In this document: positions 49,181 to 61,960 of the stretch, in pieces | Layout: each line of letters starts with the position of its first letter | Position numbering within the stretch: position 1 is the stretch's first letter | Assembly (NCBI RefSeq): GCF_006345805.1 | Contig: NC_042998.1 | Coordinates: 40,734,001 to 40,798,000 of the forward strand | Direction: 5' to 3' | Origin: Octopus sinensis | Taxonomy: Eukaryota | Length of the DNA stretch: 64,000 nucleotides | Translations under genes and position numbers: made by a program | Notes under the pieces: model-generated | Database searches by the model: none | What the model was told of the DNA's origin: nothing | What the model saw: only the letters and a program-made list of their open reading frames with translations

Positions 49181-52100
49181 TTTCTATGTTTTTTTTTCCT
49201 GTATTAAAATATCTGACAAGAAATAAAGTATATCATCGAGGTTCTATTTTTATATCTTTGTATCTTTATAAGTACTTGAAATAGTGATATTATGATTTAA
49301 AAGCTGCTGTAGCACATGTTATTTTTTAAAAATCTTAGTTCTGATATAATATTTCCACCTATTTATATACTAGCCTTTATAGTGATAGTTCTATGTATAT
49401 TGAGATCAGAAAATAAAGTATTAAGCAATTAGTCTTAAGCCATATATTTTCTAAGTGAATGACTACGACAAAGTTAGCTTTAATGTGAGATCTGAAAATA
49501 ATAAAGTACTAAGCAATTAGTCTTAGAGTGTTATATTTTCCAAGTGAATGACTACGACTAAGTTAGCTACAATGAAGTGAATTTCTTTGATTTATCTTAT
49601 GTGGTGTTTGTTGTCTTCACTTTAAAGGTGAAAATAAGAAACATCTGAAGAACCTTATCTCCTTTAATTACTATTTGCCTCAGTATTCAGTTTTCAAAAT
49701 AGAAAAGCAAAGCTTAGAATATCAGAGAAGAATGCACAGGAAGATGGAAACCTATTTAAGTATTCAGTGTTGTAATTGTAAATATCCAGAAAACATTCTT
49801 TTAGATGGTGTATTGTTGGTTGATTTTGTTTTTATGTTTGCTTGTTTCTTCTTTTACATGGCCTTTCATTTTGTACAAAATTAAAATATCAAAAAAAAAA
49901 AAAATGTCTAGAAAATATAACATCAAACTTGCTGGGTACTAAATCTGACTATTATTCAGAAATGTCAGTACAGCCTACTTGGTTGAGCATTGGATTACTT
50001 TAGCCAAAAAGCAGGCTCACTTCCTATTGTTAGCTAAAACTTCATTGTACTCTACTTTCTGTCAACTGTTGATTCATATAATTGAAAAACTTATGCCTTA
50101 ACACTTTAATTTAAATATGCCAATTATCTTCTTTTTTTTTTTTATTACTATGTTTGATATGTAGAAGTATTTTGCACAGTACAACAAGCCACTTTCAGAT
50201 CAGAAAGGGGAGGGTAGTGAGTAAGATTACTACAATTTCTGAGGAATTTGAGAAGCTGGAGGTTAATTTTATTATCTGAAAGAGGAGGAAGTCTAACAGA
50301 AAGTGATTTACAGAGTAGCAGATTGAATTTATTATTTGGTGTTATGTTTAAGGAGTGAAATAGTATCGATGATATAAAGCACTGAGATTGTGGGTGCAAC
50401 TATCATGAAGTAATGCTTATACAGGAAGTTTTGAAAACTAGAGACTGTAATTGCAACAGTGAAAGAAACAATGACAGACAAAAGTGAAGGTTTCAATTAA
50501 GGAAAGTATTTAATTAAGCAGATAGATATTTTTTCAAAGCTGTTGTTCAGTCTCAAGTTAGCTCTGATTGAAAAGCATTCAAACCATGAGCAAATTGTTT
50601 TTTTTTCAGCAATAATGTGCCCTAGACTACACTATCCTATGTGTTCTCTTATAAGATGGTTGGGTATGGTAGATTTAGCTATTATTTCTATCAACCATAT
50701 CTAAGCTCTTTCGCTGGCTTAATGTAATCTAGGATGGCAGTTATACAAAGAGACAGCAAAGTATAAAGAAACAGCATACCTGAGGCAGCATAACGTGATA
50801 TTTTACAAAGTCAATGGCTCAGAAAAGGAGTGAAGCAAGAGTAAGAAGATATCAATAGACAAATGGTCATTCCTGTAATAATGTCAATTGTCAATCAAAA
50901 AGTAGAATTGATACAGTATTCATATTATCCACTACTAAAAGCATTTGATTCTTGTTCAATAAAGAAATATTTGATGAAATATGTGAAAAAAAAAAAAGGA
51001 AAATCTGAAAAATTGTTGTTTGTAAAGTGTCACTGGGGTTTCTTCACTTCTTGCAATATAAGGAAAGGACTTTCAAAATTGTGGGATAAAACTGCTTTTG
51101 CAGTTAATGGTTATAAAATTTTGAGTGGATATACCCACTTTCTGCATTCAAAGGGTCAATTACAATACTCTTTACTTTAAAGATATTCATTTATTTTTCT
51201 ATGCTAGTATAATGGGATTTTTCTCCAATTCTTTACATACTCTTTTCTCCAATTCAGTGTTAACAAGCTTCTTGGTATTCTGACAGAAGTAAAATTGCAT
51301 CTTTTGCAGAGGAGTATAATTCCTTGTTTAGAGATATGACTGAACTCTTGACATTATATACAAAACAAATTTGTTAATATTTCTAACTTAATTTAACCCT
51401 TTTAGCTAACATTAAAGCAATTTTGAAATCAAATAGAATTTAAAGACTGATTATGCCTTTGCCATCCTTCTCACTTTTACCGCATGAGTCAATTTATCTC
51501 TTGCCCTTCTGAATCAACTTTGCCTTTCATCACTTTGAAGGTTGCTAAAACACTGGAGTCGACCAAATTATTTCCTCTTACATAACACTAACTGACAAAG
51601 AAAAAAAAGTTGATCTATTCCAGAACTGGACTTCTTGAAAATTTTTCTTTAGCTTAAAATTAGATCTTCAATAGAGTACTAAATATTTTCATGAAATGTT
51701 CCAGAACAAAACTTATAAAACTTCGTTTTCACTTATATCAAAAGAATATTATTTCTAATAAGAACATGCATTTTTTAAACTTATTCTTTAATGAAATTCT
51801 TTATAGAAATAGATTGAAAAGAAACCATATATATTTATGACTAGCTAACTAGATTTCATGTTTTATTTTTTCTCCTGCCCTAATAATATTCTTTGAGTAT
51901 ATATAAGTACTTAAACACTTCTGTTTCATGTTAGTGCATTTATGAGCTACTGATGACATTTTATGGCAATTGGCCAAGCCTCTATGAAGTTAGGAAATGA
52001 TGAGTCTACATGGTTAGAATGTAGAGATGAAAGACTTTCTAACTAACATATATCCAATACTTTGTACAATTAGAGTATTAAAACTGTGATTTTTTAACCA

Positions 52101-52210
52101 CAAGCTGTGAGTTTCGATTTAACTAAATGGCAAGTGTTTTCTACTATTGTCTTGGGTTGACCAAGGCCTTACAAGTGAAATTTGATGGACAGAAACTGAG
52201 TGGAAGTCCA

Positions 52211-52250
<40 letters not shown>

Positions 52251-52397
52251 TTTGTCAAAAATATACACATTTGTAAAAAACATTACTGATAAACCACTGC
52301 AACAAACAGAAATACAATATGGTGTTTTATTCCATATGAATTTTCATTGTCATTTTTGCTATCAGAAATGCAGTTCACTGCATTTCTGATAGCACTT

Positions 52398-52630
52398 AAG
52401 GCAGCAAGCTGGCAGAAACGTTAGCACACCAGGCGAAATACTTAGCAGTATTTCGTCTGCCGTTACGTTCTGAGTTCAAATTCTGCCAAGGTCGACTTTG
52501 CCTTTCATTCTTTCGAGGTCAATAAATTAAGTACCAGTTACGCACTGGGGTCGATGTAATCGACTTGATCCCTTTGTCTGTCCTTGTCTGTCCCCTCTGT
52601 GTTTAGTCCCTTGTGGGCAATAAAGAAATA
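52398..52630 (+). mobile_element. Young tRNA-derived SINE family B, with 10-bp TSD
   Basis: Head with GAGTTCAAATTC B-box-like motif; central GTCGACTTTGCCTTTCATTCTTTCGAGGTCAATAAATTAAGTACCAG (Nin/Deu-domain-like by recollection); AAAGAAAT tail; TSD AGAAATGCAG at 52364-52373 and 52631-52640. Confidence 0.85.
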
Positions 52631-54964
52631 AGAAATGCAGTGAACTAAAGAATGGTCCATTAATGGAAAGCTGTAAACAAAGTTGCTAATGTTCATAAAA
52701 TAAACATGTACATTTTTTTTTTTAGTTTTCTTTTTAGCTATTTCACAACATAAATAAAGAATTAGCTCATACTGGTAACTGTCACCACAGATATAATAGA
52801 TTTGATAATTTCTATAGAACAGTAAAAGTTACGTTTTTTCTCATGTATTTCACCAACTATACAAATTTATAAAAAAAAGTATTACTTTAGCCACTGCAAC
52901 CCTTTTAATACCAACTTGAAAATTTGTTTCTGATTAAAATCTCGCTTAACATGAATGACATATTTCAGTTGGAAAACACCATATAATATATACCAATAGA
53001 TATAACTGCAGCTATTTTACTGGCTTCAACATTTTGAATTTTTCAAATATTTTTTTGAAAGACATGGACATTCATTAGGGTTCAAAATATATCTGACAGA
53101 TGCTCCAGAATGCATCATCAGTGATGTTCCTGGTTTTCTAGGGGATTTCAGATCTTTCTGTTTCAGATCTCCAGCTGGAGCTGATCAAATCCTGATTTGC
53201 AGCCCAACAGGAACTTGCTACAGATTTTCCCTCTTTACCCATAGCTATCTGGTAACTTTTTCTATAGCTTCAATGAAGGAACATGTAGCCCATCTCTTTG
53301 CTGGGCTTGAAGTCACTGGTGAAATACACAGGCATTCATTAAAAATATAGTTATGAAAGGAATAACCAAAATTTTAAAATTTGCTTTTTATAGAACTTGA
53401 ATTATTGACTGCTCTCTTAAGAAAATAAAATTAAATGGATTCTGAAAAGATTTCAGTTCTATGTTTTAGACCTGATATTGTGTGATTGTGTTACATTTGC
53501 ATCTGGATATTTTAATAATTTTTCTATAAGCAACATGTTTGCTGATGGGTCTCAAACCACATGGATGTTGATTACTGAGTGAATGTGTTACTGACTACAC
53601 AACAAATCACCTGCCAGCACACACATCTTTTCAAATTTGGGTCTTACATTTATTTATTTATTTATATATTTATTTGTTTGTTTATTTATTTATTTTGCTA
53701 TTTTCATCTCTTCAAGATAATTGGTTGATTGCTTAGTATATCAAAATAGGTTATAACCACAGATTTAAACATATGTAGATACATGGTTGGAGTCCCTTGA
53801 GTGATCTTTCTGCTGCTCTTTACAATGTCAAATTGGTACTTATAATTTATGTCTAATATCACTTTACTTCGTAAAATATTAGTAGTTGCTTACCTGCTAT
53901 TACCTAAAATGAAGCACACAGCAATGAAATATAATTTTGCTGTCAGAAGAGATAATTTACAACTACTTCAAACCAAAGTTAAATAAATGCATGACTGGAT
54001 ATTTCAACTTATTTAGTCAATAGTAAATGTTTATGATCTATCTTATATTTTTTCATCCTTTTCCTTTCATTGATATAAGGTGTATAGTTAGTAAGTTTAC
54101 TTCATAATCACATGGTTCCAGATTCAATTCTACTGTGTGATACCTTGGAAAAGTGTTTTCTATCATTACTTCAGGTCATTTTAAGCCTTGTGAATGACAT
54201 TTCTTTTTCATCTTTAAGTCAAGAAAGAATATAGTGCCCATGATCTTTACAGGGCTTTTGAGACAAGTGAGAAGGAGAGAGGAAGGAATCCTCAAATTGG
54301 TTTGAATATTTGCAATTTAGTGGGCTCAAGGAGTGAGGTTGTGATGTTAAACCAGGCAAAACTAGGCCATGATAGGATTTGAACTCAGAATGCGAAGGAT
54401 CAAAGCAAATTCCATGAAGGCATCCTTTCTTTTGCTCTTTATTCACAATTGTAGATGGTATTTTTTTAGTAATCTTGAAAGGATGAAAACAACATTTATC
54501 TTACCAGGATTTGAACTCAGAAAGCAGAGAATTGGAACAGATACTCTGAGACATTCTAACCCATGCTCTAACAACTCAGTTAATTCACTGTCTCAGATAG
54601 ATGGAACCTATGCAGAAGTTCATCAGATGAAAGATATCTATCCTTGGGTGACTCCAGTGAAGCCCAACCCACTGTGGTGGACAGAATCACCAATCTAAAA
54701 TTAATTGAATACCCTGATGCAATGCTATCTTGATTTATGTTCCCCATTTCCAATTATTTTGAAGGCTCTGCAGGATGTCATAATAATTGTCTTTCCTCCC
54801 TTGACAATGATGAAAAAAAAAGTTCCACTTTCTTCTCTATTTTTCTTGTTTCTCAATTCTATATAAAAATACAGTTATTTGATAAAATGAGGTTCATTAC
54901 ATTGACTTCTGACACTTCATTCTGGAAATTAATATTTCTGATACTCCTAATAATGGTTTTTCTA

Positions 54965-57870
54965 GCCAGATTGATTTCATCCGCACCAAGCAACAGGATG
55001 CAAGGTTGCTCTCAGATACAAAAACCCTCCCTGGTGAAGAATGTACTCCCCAGCATATTAGTAACTTTAGACATGAGGCCAGAAGGATGCCAAGAAGCAG
55101 ACCAATCCAGAAAAGAAGGATTTGGAAGCTATAGAACCCTTCACATGGTCAGAGATTTAGGAACATCTTCACTGAGAAATTTCATGAGAGGGAAGAGGAG
55201 CTACAGACTTTGGACACTGAGGGTAACTGGAAATTCCTATAGGACAGCTTACTGAGCACCACAGACCAAAACTGCAGCTAGTGCAAAGTCCCTTCCAGAC
55301 CTAGAGTAATGTGGTAGTGGAATAATACAGTAGACAAGGCCATTAGAGCAAAGAAACAGGCCTGGAAAGCCTGGAAGAGTGGGGGTAGCAGGGAACTATA
55401 CCATATAGCCAGAAGGGAGGCTGAGAGAAGCAGAAAAGAAGTTTGCCAATGTTCAGCGATGTGAGGACCAAAGAATTGAAGTATTAGGGATTGCAAGACA
55501 GTGAGTGAGAGAAAAATGTGATGTCACAAGAGAGAAATGTGTCCGCATGGATGGTGGTGCACTTGCTTTTAATGATTCTGCAAAGAAAAAGGCTTCAAGA
55601 AGTCATTATGAAATGCTGTTAAATGTGGATATTGAATGGGAAGAGGAGAGTCTACCAAATTTTGACCCAGTAGAAGGTCCAGCTACCCAAATAGATTGCA
55701 TCCTGGTAGATAAAGCAATTAAAGATATGACCCATCAGGAATCACAGCTGAGATGCTTCAAATATCTGGGGTTGTGGGTTATGTCCTAGTCACATGTATT
55801 GTAAACCAGGTAGTTCATGAAGGAGTCATACCTAATGACTGGCATAGCAGCACCATAGTCAACTACTACAAAGGCAAAGGTGATGCTTTAGATAGAAATA
55901 ACTACAAGGGTATTAAACTGTTGGATCAGGTGATGAAGGTCACGGAGAGAGTCATAGCCCAACTAATTAGGGAGAGAGTCTGCTTAGATGAGATGCAGTT
56001 TGGTTTTGTACCAGGCAGAAGCACCACTAATGCTATATTCCTGGTACGGCAATGCAGGAGAAATACCTAGCCAAAGATAAACCTCTGTACTTGGCTTTTG
56101 TTGACACGAAGAAAGCCTTTGACAGGGTCCCTGCATCCCTTATCTGGTTGGCAATGTGGAAACTGGGGAATGACAGGTGATTAATATGAGCTGTACAGGC
56201 CCTGTACAGAGATGCCGTTAGTAAGGTAAGGGTCAGCAATGAGTATAGTGAAGAATTCCAGGTAGAAGTAGGGGTTCACCAAGGTTCAGCCCTCAACTCC
56301 CTTTTATTCATCATAGTCCTCCAAGCAATAACAAGAATTCAAGACAGGTTGCCCCTGGGAGTTCCTCTATGCTGATGACCTTGCTCTCATAGTGGAATCA
56401 CTACCAGAACTAGAGAAGAAATTTCAGTTGTAGAAGTAAGGTTTAGAATCGAAGGGCTTTAGAGTCAATGTTGCAAAAACCAAAGTCCTAGTAAGTAGGA
56501 AGGTGAACACATCACAAACCCCTTCAGGTAGGTGGCTCTGCTCACTCTGTAGAAAGGGTGTAGGTAGAAACTCCATAAGATGTACCCAGTGTAAGCTATG
56601 GATGCATAAGAGGTGCAGCAACATCAAAGGGAGTTTAACTGGGAAGATAGCTTTTGTGTGCAGCAGATGCACAGGGGCAATAAATACTGCAGATACTCAG
56701 AAAACTGATTCCATCTCATGCCAGGGGGAGAAACTAGAAATAGTCGACAGCTTCCACTACCTAGGTGATCAAGTCTGTAGTAGGGGTGGATGCTTAGACA
56801 ACATTGCCACTAGAACAAGAATAGCCTTGTCAAAGTTCAGAAAGCTCCTACCTCTACTGGTGACAAAGGGCCTCTCGCTCAGAGTGAAAGGTAAACTGTA
56901 TGATGTATGTGTGTGAACTGCCATGCTACACAGCAGTGAAACATGGGCCATGACTGCTGAAGACATGCGTAGGCTTGAAAGAAATGAAGCTATTATGCTC
57001 CACTGGATGTGTAATGTCAGTGTGCACACACTACAGAGTGTAAGCACCCTGAGAGAAATGTTGGACATAAGAAGCATGAGATGAGGTGTGCAAGAGAGAC
57101 GACTGCGCTGGTATGGTCATGTGTTGTGTATGGATGAAGAGAGTTGTGTGAAGAAGTGTCACTCCCTTACAGTGGAAGGAACCTGTGGTAGAGGGAGACC
57201 CAGGAAGACATGGGATGAGGTGGCGAAGCACAACCTTTGAACGTTGACCCTCATAGAGATATGCTGTAATTGAGAAGACCCAGCAAGTAAAGTGAGATCA
57301 CAGCTGTAGCCTACACCAGTGTCACATAACTTTCCCATTTAAAAAGTACCTTTGAATCATCAGGCGACATTCTGTGCTTGAGTCAAGTAAAATCAAAAAT
57401 CAAAATCAAATCAAATCATAATCAAATGGAAATTGTAGTTGTGGCTGATGCCAGTGCCGCCTGACAGGCTCCCAAGCTGGTGGCACACAATAAGCACCAT
57501 GCATGCGTGGGTCATTCCCAGTGCTGCCTGACTGGCTTTCCATGCCGGTGGCATGTACAAACCATCATCCAAATGTGGTCCTTGCCCTAACTGGCTCCTG
57601 TACCAGTAGCACGTAAAAAGCACCATCTGAATGAGGCCGTTGCCAGTGCTGCCTGACTGGTTCTCATGCCGGTGGCATATAAAAAGCACCCAATACACTC
57701 TCAGAGTGGTTGGCGTTAGGAAGGGTATCCTACTGTAGAAACACTGCCAGATCAGATTGGAGTCTGGTGTGGCCTCCTGGCTTGCCAGTCCCGAGTCAAA
57801 CCATCCAACTCAAGCCAGTATGGAAAACGGACATTAGACAATAATGATGACAATGATGATGATGATGATG
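54965..57870 (+). mobile_element. Long decayed RTE LINE (EN C-terminus, RT, 3' UTR, GAT tail)
   Basis: QIDFIRTK..PGEECTPQH, NYKGIKLLDQ, QFGFVPGRST, LYADDLAL and LRWYGHV with many stops and frameshifts; modular UTR and tail at 57290-57870. Confidence 0.93.
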
Positions 57871-58109
57871 AACTATGAAAATTTCTATAGGGTTTGCCTG
57901 TTATCAAGTGACTCAGCCTCAGTATATTACTGATAATTTATTTTTACTAACACTGACCACAGGAAGATAACAGGGCAAAAAGAATCAAGCACAATTGAAC
58001 TCAAATTTGAAAATTACTACAAGAGTGCATTTAGTTTAGTGCTTTATTCTCTCATCTATCTCCACTGTTTTATATTGTAATCAAAATGTTGACTACAAAT
58101 TTTGGCTAA

Positions 58110-58290
58110 GGCCAGCAATTTTGTGGGAGGGGATATGTCGATTACATTAACCTCAATACTCAACTGATACTTATTTTATCAACCCTAGAAGGATGAAAAG
58201 CAAAGCTGATCTCAGTGGAATTTGAACTCAGAACATGAAGACAGATGAAATACCACTAAGCATTTTGCTAACGATTCTGCTTACCACCTT
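58110..58290 (-). mobile_element. Old SINE family B
   Basis: Reverse complement contains GAGTTCAAATTCC and GCTTTTCATCCTTCTAGGGTTGATAAAATAAGTATCAG. Confidence 0.7.
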
Positions 58291-59216
58291 ATTTTAATCA
58301 AAATATTAAAAAGCAAAATAACTTTTTATTTGAGATACTAATTTTTTAATTAATTACTTTGTGAAATATTCCATGTTTTTTTTCTGTGATTTTAAAAGAA
58401 ACTTCTCTAATTAATCTTAGAGAGCTTCACAATATCAGCTGGTAGAGTTAAGTGTTAGATCTCAAATATCTAGGTAATTTTCAACATTCCTTTGACAGCT
58501 CATCTTACAAAATAAAATTCAGGTTAATCTGGAGTTCTCCAATACAGAGTCTAAAGTTATTTTTCACTAGGTGCTTAGAGACATCTGGTAAGATCTTACA
58601 ACTAACAGATTTCTACTTGATTGTTCTATGTTAATCACGTTTTCAATGAAGAGAATTAAAAAAGCATACAAATTATTTCTTAAATAAATTTTAAATGAAA
58701 ATTTAGCAATTTAAAGAAAAAACATTGATACATATTAACATTTGAGAACAAATGAAACATTAAAATTATGTGAGAAGCTATGTATCTAAATATATGCTTG
58801 TAGAACATACATAGGAACATATGAAAATCTGTTAATAACAAAGTTATCCCTTTAAGTGTCTTTAAGCTTCACATGATGTCTTTACCTGATTTCAGGTTAC
58901 TGTTAACTCTACACAATTTTCTAATAGCATTCTGTTAAGTCTTAATATTCATTTATATTCATTGAGTGAATCATCACACATTTCAATAGCTGCTAAATTT
59001 AATTATAATTCACAAGTAACATAATTGTGCTTGATTCACAGGAGCTTAAGATTAATACATTTAATCATTAGACAGGTATCTATTCTATGATGTCTAGCCA
59101 AACATAATTTCAATAACAGTTATATAAATTAAAATATATTCTCTTACACAAGAATATTTTCCTGTCAGCCTAATATAATCATTTTCAATCTAACTATAAT
59201 AATTCATAGGACTAGA

Positions 59217-59217
59217 T

Positions 59218-59248
<31 letters not shown>

Positions 59249-59277
59249 TATATATATTATATATATATATATATATG

Positions 59278-59309
<32 letters not shown>

Positions 59310-59369
59310 ATAATATATATATATATATATATATATATGATATATAATATATATATATATATATATATG

Positions 59370-59400
<31 letters not shown>

Positions 59401-59415
59401 GATATACAATATATA

Positions 59416-59483
<68 letters not shown>

Positions 59484-59510
59484 TATTATATATAATATAT
59501 ATATATACAT
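59217..59510. repeat. (TA)n-derived minisatellite with a ~30-bp higher-order unit (GATATATAAT(AT)n)
   Basis: GATATATAAT-type words recur near 59277, 59338, 59369 and 59400. Confidence 0.9.
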
Positions 59511-59889
59511 ATAATATTAATTAACAAATGAATATTAAAAGAATGATAAAAGAACAGGAGTTAAATAATTACTTTCATTACCTTACAGCTGTTTGTTGCA
59601 TTGGTACACAACTCAGGATGCATAGTTACTTGTAGCAGAAACAGTTGTAAGCTAATGATACTGATTATGTAACACCCATTCTTTCATCATTAGTTAATAA
59701 CTAATATAATGCCCTACACTGACCTATTGTTTCATATAAAATTCAGACTGGAGAGAATCTAACAAAATACACATCCTCACAGCCAGACCTTATTAATACT
59801 GTGAAATATGAGTATAATGAGTTTCAATAATTATTTATTGGTATCACAATAACAAAGTGGAGTTGTACTATGCATCTCTCTCTCTCTCT

Positions 59890-59946
<57 letters not shown>

Positions 59947-60030
59947 TGTGTGTGTGTATGTCAAGGTGGTTCCCCAACATGGCTACAGTCTAATGACTGA
60001 AGCAAGTAAAAGATAAAGGATATATGTATG

Positions 60031-60136
<106 letters not shown>

Positions 60137-61323
60137 TAATTGAGGTGTACAGTATTGTATATCCATTACAGCTGATCTTACTGATTGTTTTCACACTAGG
60201 GGTACAACACAGTGCTAGGTAACAGTCTGATTATGTAACCCTGCACTCTTCAGAGGTAGTCATTATGGAATGAAATATGGCAACTGCTTTCTATTGTTGG
60301 AGATGAATAGACACGTCTAGTTTGTCGTTACTGTGGAAAAGATGATTGAAATGAATCAAGCAGAGGTTAAGTTAAGAGCTATGTCCCTTGGTACAAAAAA
60401 AACATCACCTCTGGGGGTGATTTTGTTGCAAGTCAGCGAGAACTTTCTGCAAAAGAGTTTATGGAAAATGATTGTATCGTTAAGGTTCTTGTGGAAATGG
60501 AATGTGTGCAATGGTACTATATGTATAGCCTTTGCGGGGTGGGGATGGGGGGATACGCATCAGTGTTTGTTAATGTATTTTCTTTCTTTTATGTTTTGAT
60601 TAAATTCTTAGGCCATTTATGTATGCCTGTGGTGTGTGCAGTTACAATATGTATGGGAGCTTATATAGAGTCTGTTGGGTAGATGTCCACTGTACTAGAG
60701 CATGTGTGTTTGTGTATGTTCTGGTCAAACTCTTTGCCAGACTCCTAGGTATTGGTGGAGAGCCGAAGTTGGGGGACTGGTGATTATAGTCATAATAGGG
60801 CACATCCTTTCATGGGCAAGATCGCATGTAGTCTATCTAATTTATATATATATTATATATACACACATTTATTTCAAGCACAGGCATGGCTATGTTATTT
60901 GAAATTTTCTTTCAAAACACATGGTTCAGGGTTCAGACCCATTGTGTGACATCTTGGGCAAGTGTCTTCTAATATATCCTTGGGCTGTCCAAAACCTTGT
61001 GAATGGATTTATGTGTGTATGTATGCATACACAATATGTATATATGATTAACATACACACATATACATGTATATATGTGTGTCTGTATGTGTGTGTGTGA
61101 GTATAAATATACATACACAAAGTGCATTAAAAAAGTATCTGTCTTTACTGTTTCATGCCAAAACTAATGCTGTGTTGGCAAAATCCTTTGAGTGGGAGGT
61201 GATACCACCATCTCTGTGCATAAGAGAAAATTTTCATGCTGGTAGGCCATGCCAGTTCGCAGCTGTTGTGAGAGAACAAACAAATATGTAGTGTACCCTC
61301 GTGGATTTTTATTTTCATGCAAG

Positions 61324-61960
61324 ATGACCCAACCTATTGAATAGAAATATTGCATTGAGTTTTGCAAAAAGCTTGGTGATACTCAAGCTCAAACTATTCA
61401 GAAGGTTCAGTAGGCCTTTGGCAATGATGCCATAGGTAAAACTCAGGTCAAAGAGTAGTACAACTGCTTCAAACATGGCTGCACCTCAATGGAGAGTGAG
61501 GTATGCTCAGGCAGGTTACTCTTTTACTCTTTTACTTGTTTCAGTCATTTGACTGCAGCCATGCTGGAGCACCACCTTTAGTCGAGCAAATTGTCCCCAG
61601 GACTTATTCTTTGTAAGCCTAGTACTTATTCTATCAGTCTCTTTTTGCCGAACCGCTAAGTGACGGGGACGTAAACACACCAGCATCAGTTGTCAAGCGA
61701 TGGTGGGGGAACAAACACAGACACACAAACATATACACACACATACATATATATATATACATATATACGACAGGCTTCTTTCAGTTTCCGTCTACCAAAT
61801 CCACTCACAAGGCTTTGGTCGGCCCGAGGCTATAGCAGAAGACACTTGCCCAAGATGCTACGCAGTGGGACTGAACCTGGAACCGTGTGGTTGGTAAGCA
61901 AGCTACTTACCACACAGCCACTCCTGCGCCTATCCACAAGCTGAAACAAAGAGCCAATTG
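61324..61960 (+). pseudogene. mariner transposase N-terminal remnant split by a SINE
   Basis: MTQPIE*KYCIEFCKKLG...AFGNDAIGKTQVKE*YNCFKHG..SMESEVCSGR | SINE | STS*N, matching the mariner HTH and GRPS motif. Confidence 0.85.
61516..61933 (-). mobile_element. Young full-length SINE family A
   Basis: CpG-rich. Head TAGGCGCAGGAGTGGCTGTGTGG...GGTTCAGTCCC, CTTGGGCAAGTGTCTT core, internal microsatellite and (TAAAAGAG)n tail. Confidence 0.93.

Noticed and set aside
52890-53340. CCCTTTTAATACCA TIR-like start followed by a GC-richer segment
   Set aside because: Possibly a piggyBac remnant, but I found no convincing transposase motif or second TIR.
61860-61933. tRNA-like A/B boxes
   Set aside because: These are SINE heads, not tRNA genes: no complete cloverleaf, and they continue into the SINE core.
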